Source: an uncultured Planctomycetota bacterium (GTDB taxonomy: Bacteria > Planctomycetota > PLA2 > JAEUHO01). Taken from it: a DNA stretch of 64,000 nt. The stretch spans positions 24,961 to 88,960 of the forward strand of contig CAWDIE010000009.1 in NCBI GenBank assembly GCA_963802335.1, in the 5' to 3' direction. Below, one piece after another: positions 1 through 9,904 of the stretch. The first letter of the stretch is position 1, and every line of letters starts with the position of its first letter. The notes below the pieces were generated by a model, which did no database searches, was not told the DNA's origin, and saw nothing but the letters and a program-made list of their open reading frames with translations. A program made the position numbers and the translations under genes.

Positions 1-1
1 T

Positions 2-1499
2 CCGCCGCGCGTTCGCGTGCCGGACCTCCGGGGGCGCGACCTCGTGACGGCGAGGCTTGCCCTGCTCCGGGCCGGCTTGCAGGGACGTCTCATCCACCGC
101 ATGGCGCCGGGGCAGCCGCTGCGGCGGGTCGTCGCGCAGACGCCGCGGCGCGGGACACCGCTCACGCTGGGGGACGTCGTGACGCTGGTCGTCCCGTCGG
201 AGGCCAGCGTGCCTGCGCTGCAGGGCCTCTCGGCGCCGGATGCCGTCCGGCGGCTCGAGGACGCCGGCTTCGAGGCCGAACCGCAGGGGCCCCCGGCCGC
301 GGGCCCGACCCGCGTTCGTGGAGCAGAGCTTCGGGCCGGGTACGCCGCTCGCCCGCGGCACTCGCGTCGCCTTCACCTACGTCGCGCGGGGTGGCCCGGC
401 GCTCGTTCGCGTACCGCAGGTGGCGACCCTGCGCCTCGACCTGGCCCAGGCCGAGCTCGCCGCGGCGGGTCTCGGCTACCGCGTCGGCGGGCCGGCCTTC
501 GGCCTCGGTCAGCGGCTGGTCGTTGCGCAGACCCCTGCGGCAGGGACCGCGCTGCCGCGGGGCGCCGAGGTTCACCTCCAGACCCGCTGGTCCGGTGGCG
601 GCGCGGGGCTGGGTGGGTTTCCGGGGCTCCGGCCGCCGTCCGCACCCGCCTCCGTGAAGGTGCCGGACCTGCGCGGACTGACCTTCAGCCGAGCGCTGCG
701 CAGCGTGACCGAGCGGGGGCTCCAGATCGACGGCCGCCACCTGCGCCATCCCGAGATGCGAGTCGTTGCGCAGGATCCGCCGCCGCATCGGCGCGTACCC
801 CGAGGCACGCGGATCCGCGTCGAGCTGGAGCGCCCGGATCGGCCGCCCGCGCCGAGTGGCACGATCGTGCCGCGACTCGTCGGGCACGAAGCCCAGGCGG
901 CGGCCCAGCTCCTCGCCCAACGGGGTCTGCGTGTCCGCTACGTGGACCAGCGCCCCGGCGGGGGACCGGCGACGGTCCGCCGACAGCATCCCGCGGTCGG
1001 GCGTCGTGTGCCCCCGAACAGCATCGTGACCCTGGCGCTCGAGTACCGCAACGCGCCCCCCGCCATGGAAGCCGTTCCGGTGCCCTCCGTCGTGGGCATG
1101 GAGGCACAAGCCGCGATGAAGCGGCTGAAGGCGGCGGGCCTGCAGGGGCGGATCGTGTCGTCTGGGACGCGCGGCAAGATCGTCCTGCGTCAGGCCCATG
1201 CGGGCGAGCAGGTGCCCCGGGGGACGACCATCCAGCTTCTCGTCGGTCGGGACCCGCGGGCCAAGCCGCACAAGAAGCCGCACGGCTCCGGCCAAGGGCA
1301 AGACGCCTCGCTGAGTCGCGGCTGGCCTACGGTGCCTGGCCTACGGTGCCAGGCACCCGTCCGCCAACTTCCACCATCAACACGCACCTGGATCAGGCGG
1401 ACACCACCACCAGGTCCCGGTCGGGAGCACGAAGGCGGGTTGCGCTTGGACCGCTTTGCCTTCGGGTATGGGCCGTACGCCAAGTTGGCGACATCGTGA
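2..1499 (+). pseudogene. PASTA-repeat protein (six PASTA modules). The 5' end lies outside the window and the reading frame breaks near 281-314.
   Basis: Frame 2 (nt 2 to about 300) and frame 3 (about 315-1499) both translate into repeated ~65-aa modules of the form VP.L.G....A...L...GL...(Q.P..G..L..G..V.L). The second module (VPALQGLSAPDAVRRLEDAGFEAEP... / ...FVEQSFGPGTPLARGTRVAFTYV) is split between the two frames. The last ~60 codons run through REP repeats. Confidence 0.6.
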
Positions 1500-1558
1500 C
1501 TGGCACCTTCCTTCGAGTTGGCGGCATGGTGACTGGCACCGTCCTGCTGGCACCGTCC
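1327..1558. repeat. REP-like repeat cluster A: an inverted unit at 1340-1372, direct units at 1482-1506 and 1515-1544, plus fragments.
   Basis: CCTACGGTGCCAGGCACCCGTCCGCCAACTTCC, and on the other strand (A/G)AGTTGGCG-N5-GTGACTGGCACC. The same core recurs at 8 loci in the window. Confidence 0.85.
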
Positions 1559-1614
1559 TCGTGTCTTGCGGATATGCTCGGTCTGCAGCAGGTGTCCAAG
1601 GGGAGGGCGGCGTC

Positions 1615-2118
1615 GTGAGCGACCTTCGTGTGCAGTTCATCCACGGGCTCGAGGGGAGTCCCCAGGGGTCGAAGGCCCGCTACCTGGCCGAGCACTTCGA
1701 GGCCATCACCCCGGCCATGGACACCTCCAGCTTCAAGGGCTGCATCGCCACGCAAGCCGAAGCGATCGAGGAGTTCAAACCGGACGTGCTGGTGGCGTCC
1801 TCCTTCGGCGGAGCGGTCGCCGTGGCGCTTCTCGATCAGGGCCTCTGGAAGGGGCCGACGCTCCTCCTGGCCCAGGCCGCCCTCATGTTTCCGACCTCGG
1901 GGAAGCTGCCCGCCGACGTGACCGTCTGGCTCGTCCATGGCGTGGGGGACCTCGTCGTGGACGTCGAGGACAGTCAGCGCCTCGCCGCCACGGGCTCCCC
2001 CGACCGCGTCCGCCTGATCGAGGTCGACGACGACCACCGGCTGTCGAAGAGCGTCGAAGCCGGCCTGCTCGCCGAGTGGGTGCGAGGCATCGTGGAGGCC
2101 GATCGCTCGATGGCGTAG
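1615..2118 (+). CDS. Small alpha/beta-hydrolase (YqiA/UPF0227-like esterase).
   Basis: GTG start preceded by GGGAGGG. VQFIHGLEGSP..., nucleophile-elbow-like SSFGG, and a late D...H (DDDHRL). Confidence 0.7.
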   Translation: MSDLRVQFIHGLEGSPQGSKARYLAEHFEAITPAMDTSSFKGCIATQAEAIEEFKPDVLVASSFGGAVAVALLDQGLWKGPTLLLAQAALMFPTSGKLPADVTVWLVHGVGDLVVDVEDSQRLAATGSPDRVRLIEVDDDHRLSKSVEAGLLAEWVRGIVEADRSMA

Positions 2119-2144
2119 AGACGCGAGCGGCGCGCCCGCCGGGG

Positions 2145-2648
2145 CTACTTCACGAAGTCGACGGCGGTGGCCGCGTAGGCCGCCGGCAGGGACACCAGGA
2201 CCGTGCGCGTCAGCGCGACTTGCAGATCGTCGAGCGGTGCCTTGTCGAACAAGTAGAGGAACGTGAAGGCGATGAGGCTCGTGACCAGGTACGCCGTCAC
2301 GACGCGGAGCAAGAACGTCCCCCGGTACGCGCGCAGGTTCCGTACGTAGAAAAGGCTCCAGATGAAGGCCGCCAGCGTCACCACGGAGATGCCCGCGATC
2401 GCTACGGTGCGGCCGACCGACAGCGTCTCGCCGAGATCCCACACCTCCCCCGTCAGGGCGATCGGAAGTGCCATGACCGATGCGCCGACGATGAGCTGCA
2501 CCAGATCCTCGGGGTGAAACTCGACCTTCAGGGCCCGGGTGACGCTGGTCAGCAGGTTGCCCGCCTCATCGAGCACGGGATGAACGGTGTGCAGGCGCCC
2601 ATTGATGCGGTGGGTGGTGGGAGGGCTCTTCGGGGGCCTGGTCGACAT
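2145..2648 (-). CDS. Integral membrane protein (DUF2391-like; family call tentative).
   Basis: 167-aa ORF with four hydrophobic helices and a TGEVWDLG motif. Confidence 0.65.
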   Translation of the reverse strand: MSTRPPKSPPTTHRINGRLHTVHPVLDEAGNLLTSVTRALKVEFHPEDLVQLIVGASVMALPIALTGEVWDLGETLSVGRTVAIAGISVVTLAAFIWSLFYVRNLRAYRGTFLLRVVTAYLVTSLIAFTFLYLFDKAPLDDLQVALTRTVLVSLPAAYAATAVDFVK

Positions 2649-2779
2649 GCGTACTCCTCTCGGAAGGCAACGAACGCGGGCCCCAGACCCACGCCGTCCG
2701 CCGACGGAAGCCTACGGGCGGACGCAGCCTCCCCGCGCGGAAACGAAGGTGCCGCAGGGCTCGGGCGGTGGTGTGTCGG

Positions 2780-5700
2780 TCACGCCTCCGCGTGTTCGAA
2801 CTGGGCCGCCAGCGCGTCCACCTGGTCTTCCGACGGGAGCTTTCGCGCCACGTACGCCTCGGCCGCAGGGCGCCCGAAGAGCTTGAACACGCCGGGCGTG
2901 AGCAGCACGTCCAGGAGCGTCGTCGAGACGAGCCCGCCGACGATCACCGACGCCACCGGGTAGAGCAGCTCGCGTCCGGGTTGATCGGGAGAGGCCACCA
3001 AGGGGATCAAGGCGATCCCGCTGGTGAGCGCCGTCATCAGCACCGGCACGATGCGCTCGCGGCCGGCACGAACGAGCATCTCCGTCCCGAAGGGCACGCC
3101 CTCCTCCTTCATCAAGTGCAGGTAGTGGTCGAGGAGCAGGATGCCGTTTCTCGATGCGATGCCGCCCAGCGACACGAAGCCGACGAGGGTCGCGATGCTC
3201 AGGGTCTGGTCCGTCCACAGCAGGAACGCCACCGCGCCGATGAAGGCCGCCGGGATGTTCAAGAGCACCTGGATCGCGAGGTTGATCGAGCGGAAGTGGA
3301 GCGCCAGCACCAGGAACATGATCGCCAGCGACACGAACGACAGCAGGAACACCGTGCGGGCGGCGGACTCCTGGGCCTCGAACTGGCCGCCCAGGCGGAT
3401 CGCGTAGCCGGCGGGGAGCTGCTGACGCATCGGCTCCAGCGCCACCTGCACGTCGGCCACCACCTCGCCGAGCGAGCGGCCGGTCACGTTGTGGTGGACG
3501 ATCATGCGGCGCGAGACGTCTTCGCGGTTGACCGCGTTGGGCGTCGGCTCCAGGCGAATGTCCGCCACGTCGCCGAGCTTCACCCAGGTGTCGAGCGGGG
3601 TCGCGAGCAAGAGGTTTCGCAGATCGTCGAGGCTCTCGCGGTCCTCCTGCCGGAGGCGCACCACGATCGGGTAGGCCATCGCGCCGTCGAGGAAGCGCCC
3701 CACGTGCGAGCCTTCCAGCGCGTGCTCGATCGTGCGGGTCACGTCGCCGATCGTGAGACCCAGTCGGGCGAGGCGCTCGCGGTCGGGATCGACGCGCACC
3801 TGATCGATGAGCACCTGCGACTCGACCATGAGGTCGGTGACGCCGTCCACGTCCTCGATCGTGTGCTCCACCTCCTCGGCGAGGCGCCGGAGCGTCGGCA
3901 GGTCCTCGCCGAAGATCTTGATCGCCACCTGGGCCTGGACGCCCGAGAGCATCGCGGACAGCAGGTGGGCCAGGGGCTGCTCCACCGAGAGCGGCACGCC
4001 GGGGAAGGCCTCGCCCGCCGCCTCGCGGATGTCGCCGATGATCTCGTCGCGCGAGCGATTCGAGTCTTCGTCGAACGACACGATCATCTCCGTGATGTTC
4101 ACGCCCATCGCGTGCGCATCGCCCTCGGCCCGTCCCGTGCGTCGGGCGAGCGCGGCGACGCCCTCGATGGGGGCCACCACGGCCTCCAGCCGCTTGCCGT
4201 AGTCGTCCGAGACATCGATGCTCGTGTCCGGCGGCAGGACCAGGTTGATCTGCGCCGAGCCCTCGTTGAAGGGGGGGAGGAACTCGGTGCCGCGCGTCGC
4301 AAGCGCCGCCACGCCCACCACCACGAGGGAACCGGTGAGTGTTGCGATCGCGATGGGGTACGTGGCACTGAGGCGGATGCCCTTCTCGGCGAGCCACTGG
4401 AGGCCGCGTACCAGGGCGCCCTCCTTGCCCTTGTGGCGCGCGGCCGTCGCCGGCAGGAGCAGGGAGCAGAGCACCGGCGTCACCGTGACCGCCACCAAGA
4501 GCGAGGCCACGATGCTGATGATGTAAGCGAGCCCGATCGGGGCGAAGAGTCTGCCCTCCATCCCGCTCATGGCGAAGAGGGGGATGTAGACCGTGATCAC
4601 GACCAGCGTGCCGATCAGGATGGGCTGGCGCACCTCGGCCGAGGCGCGGAACACGATCGACAGCGTCGACTGTGGATGCTCGCGTTTGGCGTTCTGTTTG
4701 AGTCGTCGGAAGACGTTCTCCACGTCCACGATCGCGTCATCCACCAGCGCGCCGATCGCCACGGCAAGGCCGCCGAGCGTCATCGTGTTGATCGAGATCC
4801 CGAACACGTGGAACACGATCGTCGTGATGGCGAGGGAGAGGGGAATCGCCGTCAAGGTGATGAACGTGGTCCGCAGGTTCAGCAGGAAGATCACCAGGAC
4901 GATCACCACGAGGAACGCGCCGTCGCGGACGGCTTCCTCCACGTTGTCCACGGCGCGGTTGATGAAGTCCGCCTGCCGATAGAGGCCGGGCACGAGCTCG
5001 ACGTCGTCGGGCAGGGTGGGGGCGATGGCGGCCAGCTCGGCGTCCACGCGGGACGTCAGGTCCAGGGTGTCCACGCCCGGCTGCTTCGTCACGATCAGCA
5101 GGACGCCCTTGGCGGCGTTCACGCCGGCATCGCCCACGCGGATCGCCGCGGGGCCCATCGTGACGTCGCCCACGTCCGCCATCCGTACCGGGCGTGTCCC
5201 CCTCGGCTTCACGACGGCATCGGCCAGGTCGGCGGCGTTGCGGGCGCGGCCGGTCACCGTGACCATCGGCGCGTTGGGGCCGTGGCGGAGCAGCCCGCCC
5301 GAGGCGTTCTCGTTCGCCTCGGCCAGTCCCTCGACGACGTCGGCCACGCCGACCTCGTGCGCGCGGAGCTTGTCCGCATCGAGCAGCGCCTGCACCTCCA
5401 AGGGCGCGCCGCCCGTGAGGATGACCGTGGCGATGCCGGGGACGCTCAGCAGACGGAGGCGGATGTCGCGCTCGGCGATCGTGCGCAGGCGCGCCGGATC
5501 GACTTCGCCTTCCTTGGCCCTCAGCCCCACGATCTGGACCTGCCCCATGATGCTCGTCATGGGGGCCATCTCGGGCACGACGTGGTCCGGGAGCTGGCGC
5601 CGGGCGAGCTGCAGCTTCTCCTGCACGATCTGGCGGTTGCGGTAGGGATCGGTGCCCCAGTCGAACTCGGCGGTCACGATCGACATGCCCATCGAGCTCG

Positions 5701-5953
5701 AAGACCGGACGCGCGTCACGCCCGTGGCGCCGTTCAGCGCCCGCTCGAGCGGCAGCGTGATCTGCCGCTCGATCTCCTCGGGGATCATGCCGTGCGCCTC
5801 GGTCAGGATGCTGACCGTGGGCCGGTTCAGGTCAGGCAGCACGTCGATCGGTAGCTGCTGGGCGGAGATGGCGCCCCACGCCCCGAGGGCGAGAGCCGCC
5901 AGGACCACGAGCAGTCGGTGCCCCAAGCACCACGCGATGATTCGATTGAGCAT
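2780..5953 (-). CDS. Heavy-metal efflux RND permease, CusA/CzcA family.
   Basis: 1057 aa. The N-terminus MLNRIIAWCL...LPIDVLPDLNRPTVSILTEAHGM.PEEIE..IT.PLE is typical of HME-RND pumps, with a 12-TM architecture. Confidence 0.93.
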   Translation of the reverse strand: MLNRIIAWCLGHRLLVVLAALALGAWGAISAQQLPIDVLPDLNRPTVSILTEAHGMIPEEIERQITLPLERALNGATGVTRVRSSSSMGMSIVTAEFDWGTDPYRNRQIVQEKLQLARRQLPDHVVPEMAPMTSIMGQVQIVGLRAKEGEVDPARLRTIAERDIRLRLLSVPGIATVILTGGAPLEVQALLDADKLRAHEVGVADVVEGLAEANENASGGLLRHGPNAPMVTVTGRARNAADLADAVVKPRGTRPVRMADVGDVTMGPAAIRVGDAGVNAAKGVLLIVTKQPGVDTLDLTSRVDAELAAIAPTLPDDVELVPGLYRQADFINRAVDNVEEAVRDGAFLVVIVLVIFLLNLRTTFITLTAIPLSLAITTIVFHVFGISINTMTLGGLAVAIGALVDDAIVDVENVFRRLKQNAKREHPQSTLSIVFRASAEVRQPILIGTLVVITVYIPLFAMSGMEGRLFAPIGLAYIISIVASLLVAVTVTPVLCSLLLPATAARHKGKEGALVRGLQWLAEKGIRLSATYPIAIATLTGSLVVVGVAALATRGTEFLPPFNEGSAQINLVLPPDTSIDVSDDYGKRLEAVVAPIEGVAALARRTGRAEGDAHAMGVNITEMIVSFDEDSNRSRDEIIGDIREAAGEAFPGVPLSVEQPLAHLLSAMLSGVQAQVAIKIFGEDLPTLRRLAEEVEHTIEDVDGVTDLMVESQVLIDQVRVDPDRERLARLGLTIGDVTRTIEHALEGSHVGRFLDGAMAYPIVVRLRQEDRESLDDLRNLLLATPLDTWVKLGDVADIRLEPTPNAVNREDVSRRMIVHHNVTGRSLGEVVADVQVALEPMRQQLPAGYAIRLGGQFEAQESAARTVFLLSFVSLAIMFLVLALHFRSINLAIQVLLNIPAAFIGAVAFLLWTDQTLSIATLVGFVSLGGIASRNGILLLDHYLHLMKEEGVPFGTEMLVRAGRERIVPVLMTALTSGIALIPLVASPDQPGRELLYPVASVIVGGLVSTTLLDVLLTPGVFKLFGRPAAEAYVARKLPSEDQVDALAAQFEHAEA

Positions 5954-5998
5954 TGGCTCGGTCTCCCGGCCGCACGCGGCCGTTCTCGTGGCGTTGGG

Positions 5999-7822
5999 CT
6001 AGTGGTGGCTGTGTCCGTGGCCGGCGTCGGGTTCGCCGCGGCCCTGCTGCAAGGCGAGATGGAGCGCGAACGCGCCGTGGACGACGACCTCCTGGCCCTC
6101 GAGCAGGGCGCCGTCGGCCGCGATCACGACCACGTTCTTCGTGTCGAGCTCGACGTGGACCGGCACGGGGTAGAAGTGCATCCCGTGGTGGTGGTCGTCG
6201 TCGTGGTCGTCGTGATCGTCGTGATCGTCCTCGGCATGATCTTCGTCGTGATCTTCGTCGTGGTCGTCGTGTTCGTCGTGACCCTCGTGGTCGTGATCGT
6301 GGTCTTCTTCGAGGACGTAGACGATCCGGTCCGGCCCGTCGCGGACGATCGCGTCCACCGGCAGCACGAAGCGGCCGGGCATCGTCTCGAGCGGGACGCG
6401 GACGAGGAACTCCGTCCCCGCCTGCAGCGACCACGAACGCCGCCCGCTCTCCTGCAGGAGGACGTGGTTGTCGATCTCGGCGTAGGCGACGGTGCCTCGC
6501 TCCTCGTGGGAGGCGAGGCGCCGGAAGTGGACGTTCGGCAGATCGGGGGCGGACCTCCGCAGGACGGGGACGGCCTGGCAGGAGAGGTGCTCCTGCACCG
6601 CGCGACGCACGTGCTCGATCTCGCCGCCGATCGGCTCGAGCCTCAGCCAGAGCCGGCGCGGGTCGTAGAGCTCGGCCACGGGATCGCCGGGCTGGAGGTG
6701 AAGGCCCACGCGGGCGCGCAGGCGCTCCAGGTCCCAGTGCTCGCCCCCCGTGTCCGGGGCGCGGATCACGAGATCGGGGTCGAGCCCGCCGAGCTTCGCG
6801 ATCATGAGGACGTTCTCGATGGAGTAGCCCTCGAGCAGCAACGCGGCCACTTCGCGGAAGCGCTCGGCGGCACGCGGCTGCTGCGAAACGAGCTCGAGCA
6901 GCCCGGGGCGGACCAGTCCCTGCATGCTCAGCTCGGCCAGGAGCAGCACGGGCCAGGGACGGACGCGCTCCTCCGCGGGGAGCTGGGCGAGGATCTTCTC
7001 CTCGAGGTCGCCCCACGCACCGTGCTTCTTCAGGGTCCGGCGCCAGAGGTCGAGCAGCGGCGGGTGCTCGCCGCCGGCGGCTGCGTGCGCGATCTCTCCC
7101 TCATCGAGGCCGTGGTGGTGGAGCTCGCTCTCGGCGTTCGTCGCGCGCCGCTCGGCGCGGGAGCGCTCGTAGCGGAGCTCGCGCAGGCGGCTGGCGAAGA
7201 GCTCGGGCATGTTCGACGCGGTGCCTTCGCCCAGCTTCTCGAGACGCGCGATCTCTCGGTTGGCGATGTCGAGGTCCGTGCGGGCGGAGCGAAGCGCGGC
7301 GAGGCTCTCGATCAAGTGCTTGCGCTCGGGCAGCACGATGCCCATCGCCGTGGACTGCTCCCCGACGGCGATGGGGTCGCGCACGAGCGACACGAGCGGC
7401 GCATCTGCGTCGACGACTTGCCCGCTCTCGACGTCGACCCGTCGCACGATCCCGCCCATCGGCGTCACCACGGTGCGCCGGTTCTCGGGTCGATCCACGA
7501 GCACGGCGCGGACGTCGACCGTCCGCACGTAGTCCTGGAGCCGGGCGTGCTCGATCACGACGCCGAGGGTCTTCAGCGTCTGCTCGCTGAGCTCGGCGTG
7601 ATCCTCGTCCTCGTGGTCGTCGTGTTCGTGATCGTGATCGTCGGCATGCTCGTCGTCGTGATCGTGGTCGTCATCCGCATGGTCGTCATGATCGTGATCG
7701 TCGTGCGCATGTTCGTCGTGATCGTCCATCGGCGCGACGTGGCTGCTCAGCTGCCAGCCGGCGAGGAGTCCGAGCACGGTGAGCAGGATGCCCAGGGCAA
7801 TGGTCGAGAGAGAGCGGAGCAT
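5999..7822 (-). CDS. Efflux RND periplasmic adaptor (CusB/CzcB-like) with His/Asp-rich tracts.
   Basis: Sits between the OMF and RND genes with an ATGA overlap to the OMF gene. N-terminal TM helix, adaptor-like beta-barrel segments (VPVDAIV...VYV), and H/D runs near both termini. Confidence 0.8.
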   Translation of the reverse strand: MLRSLSTIALGILLTVLGLLAGWQLSSHVAPMDDHDEHAHDDHDHDDHADDDHDHDDEHADDHDHEHDDHEDEDHAELSEQTLKTLGVVIEHARLQDYVRTVDVRAVLVDRPENRRTVVTPMGGIVRRVDVESGQVVDADAPLVSLVRDPIAVGEQSTAMGIVLPERKHLIESLAALRSARTDLDIANREIARLEKLGEGTASNMPELFASRLRELRYERSRAERRATNAESELHHHGLDEGEIAHAAAGGEHPPLLDLWRRTLKKHGAWGDLEEKILAQLPAEERVRPWPVLLLAELSMQGLVRPGLLELVSQQPRAAERFREVAALLLEGYSIENVLMIAKLGGLDPDLVIRAPDTGGEHWDLERLRARVGLHLQPGDPVAELYDPRRLWLRLEPIGGEIEHVRRAVQEHLSCQAVPVLRRSAPDLPNVHFRRLASHEERGTVAYAEIDNHVLLQESGRRSWSLQAGTEFLVRVPLETMPGRFVLPVDAIVRDGPDRIVYVLEEDHDHDHEGHDEHDDHDEDHDEDHAEDDHDDHDDHDDDHHHGMHFYPVPVHVELDTKNVVVIAADGALLEGQEVVVHGAFALHLALQQGRGEPDAGHGHSHH

Positions 7823-9276
7823 CAGACATCCTCCTCGGCGCGCGCGGTCGGGGCGGGCGTCGGTTCGTCGGGAAAGCGGAGCAGGGGGGCGCCGATCGCT
7901 CGTTCGAGCTCGGCCCAGGCGAGGTAGAGCTCGCGGGTGGCTTGGACCTTCTCGCGTTCCACCTCACGGGTGGAGCGGAGCAGGTCGATGAAGCGGAGCG
8001 CATCGGTCTCGCCGGCGAGCAGCGCCTGGCGACCGGTGCTGAGTGCCGCGACCGCTGCCGGCTCGACGTCCTCGTCGAAGCGGCGAGCGCGCTCGCGGCG
8101 GCGGAGCAGCAGGGCGTGCGCAGCTTCGAGCTCGCCGAGGATGCGGGTGTAGGCCGCCTCGAAGCGCTCCCGGAGCGCGTCGCGACGGGCCGTGGCCTCG
8201 GCGATTGCCGGCTGGTTGCGGTCGAAGATCGGCAGCTCGATCCCGAGCGGCAGGCCGAGGCGGTTCAGGCCGTAGGCGGCGTCTTCGCGCTCGTACGTGC
8301 CGGCGATGTCGAGATCGGGGATGGCGTTGGCGGCCTCGAGACGGAGCCGCTGCTCCGCCACGGCGTACTCGGCGCGGATGCGGTCGAGCGCGGGGTGGCC
8401 CGCGAGCGCCACGGCCCGGAGGCGAGCGATCGACGGCACGTCGGACGGGAGCGTCGGCAGCGACGCCATGGGGGGCGCGTCGACGTCGTCCGTGCGTGCG
8501 CCGATGCGCTGGGCAAGCGCGGCCCGCGCGGCGATCGTCTGCGCGACGGCGTCCACCTGATCGGCGTCGAGGCGCCGGGTGTCGAGATCGAGCAGCACGA
8601 GGTCGACGGCGGTGCTCGAGCGGACGCGCACGAGGTCCTCGACGCCGTCGCGGGCCTCGCGCGTCGTGGCGAGCAGCTTGGCCCGCACGGCCTCTTCGTA
8701 GGCGCCGAGCGCGGCCTGGATCCAGCTGCGGCGCAGGCCCAGGTACTCCTCGCGCTCCGTGGCGACCGCGCGAACGTTTGCGGCGCGTGCGTTCTGCGCG
8801 TTGAGTCCGTTCATCATCTGGCGCTTGCCGCCGAGCAGCACCTTCCAGCCGAGGGCTCCCTCCAGGCCCCAGGCGACGCTGCGCACGCCGTCGAGGCCCG
8901 AGAGCATCACCGGCCCGAGCGCGATCTCGGGATTGGGGAGCGGCGTCGCCGTGGAGCCGCGTGCCTGCGCGGGCCTCGCGTCGGCGCGCGCTTCGACGAC
9001 GCGGGGGTTGTGGTCGCGAAGGCGCCCCACGGCGGTCGAGAAGCGAAGGCTCGACGCGGGCGTCGCGGGCCGGGTCGACGGGGTCGACGGGCACGGGGTT
9101 GACGGGGGCGTGAGCGAGCGCGCCGCGTCGATCCGCGCGGGCAGGCAGGCGGTCTCCAACGGCACGCGGGGCACGGCGGGAGCGCGGCAGGCGGCCAGCG
9201 CCAGGCCGGCGAGGCCGGCGACGCACGTACGCGTGGCGAGCTGGGGCAGCGAAGCAAGGGGGCGGGGCGGGGACAT
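7822..9276 (-). CDS. TolC-like outer-membrane efflux protein (CusC/CzcC family).
   Basis: 484 aa. Lipoprotein-like signal (LALAAC), two coiled-coil/OEP-type repeats, and operon position. Confidence 0.85.
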   Translation of the reverse strand: MSPPRPLASLPQLATRTCVAGLAGLALAACRAPAVPRVPLETACLPARIDAARSLTPPSTPCPSTPSTRPATPASSLRFSTAVGRLRDHNPRVVEARADARPAQARGSTATPLPNPEIALGPVMLSGLDGVRSVAWGLEGALGWKVLLGGKRQMMNGLNAQNARAANVRAVATEREEYLGLRRSWIQAALGAYEEAVRAKLLATTREARDGVEDLVRVRSSTAVDLVLLDLDTRRLDADQVDAVAQTIAARAALAQRIGARTDDVDAPPMASLPTLPSDVPSIARLRAVALAGHPALDRIRAEYAVAEQRLRLEAANAIPDLDIAGTYEREDAAYGLNRLGLPLGIELPIFDRNQPAIAEATARRDALRERFEAAYTRILGELEAAHALLLRRRERARRFDEDVEPAAVAALSTGRQALLAGETDALRFIDLLRSTREVEREKVQATRELYLAWAELERAIGAPLLRFPDEPTPAPTARAEEDV

Positions 9277-9383
9277 CCATGTCTCCTGTCGAGGCCGGGG
9301 CGAATCACGAGCAAGCGGGGGGGCGGGACCCGAGGTCCAATCGGCACGACGGTGCCGGGCTCACTTCGATCGCGATAAGCGGC

Positions 9384-9785
9384 CTACAGGAGGAGGCAGG
9401 TGGCGAGCAGCACCGGGGAGTCCGGTTGCGGATCGCTGGGTGGCCAGACGAGCGGCGTGGAGGTGCTCGTGGGCCGGACGGGCGAGGTGACGCCCACAGC
9501 CAAGGCGTGAAGCGCGAGGGTGTCGCGCTCGCTCGGCGCGGGTAGGTCCTGCGCGGCGGCGGCGCGGCTCCCCTCGAACTGGAAGAGGTCGCCGCAGCTC
9601 TCCTCGGGGGCGCTCGTCGGCTCACCGGCGGCCTCGACGGGCGCGGGCCCGTCCGCGGGGTGGCAGTCGGCGACGTCCCAGAGGGGCTTCAGGTGGGGGC
9701 CGTCCTCGCCGCAATCGCAGATCTGCCACGGCAGCAGCATCACGGCTACGGCGAGCAGGATCGAGAGGGGGGCAACGGCCTTCAC
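9384..9785 (-). CDS. Small signal-anchored Cys-containing protein, first gene of the efflux operon.
   Basis: GTG start with a strong SD (GTAAGGAAGG-N4-GTG). Hydrophobic N-terminus, then WQICDCGEDGPH. No recognisable family. Confidence 0.5.
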   Translation of the reverse strand: MKAVAPLSILLAVAVMLLPWQICDCGEDGPHLKPLWDVADCHPADGPAPVEAAGEPTSAPEESCGDLFQFEGSRAAAAQDLPAPSERDTLALHALAVGVTSPVRPTSTSTPLVWPPSDPQPDSPVLLATCLLL

Positions 9786-9904
9786 GGCGCCTTCCTTACT
9801 CGCGGATCCGGCAATTGGCAAGCAACGGGTCGCCGTGGCGTGAACCAGGGATTGGCGAAATGTAGGCGTGGGTGTAGCAAAGAGCCACACGGGGAGCTCG
9901 CATC

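Noticed and set aside
2768-5854. Very long antisense or alternative-frame ORFs, for example 2768-5854 (+), 2712-4397 (-), 22326-25181 (+), 22159-25023 (-), 60709-63405 (+), 40513-42132 (-) and 54299-55309 (+).
   Set aside because: Their translations are Arg/Gly/Pro/Ala/Asp-rich and motif-free. They lie opposite to, or overlap, genes with clear family signatures. This is the typical stop-codon-poor artefact of high-GC DNA.
6180-6310. GTCGTG/GATCGT-type near-tandem DNA repeats (also at 7600-7740) that might be a VNTR or satellite.
   Set aside because: They are the coding sequence of the His/Asp-rich tracts of the efflux adaptor on the opposite strand. This is low-complexity coding sequence, not an independent repeat element.
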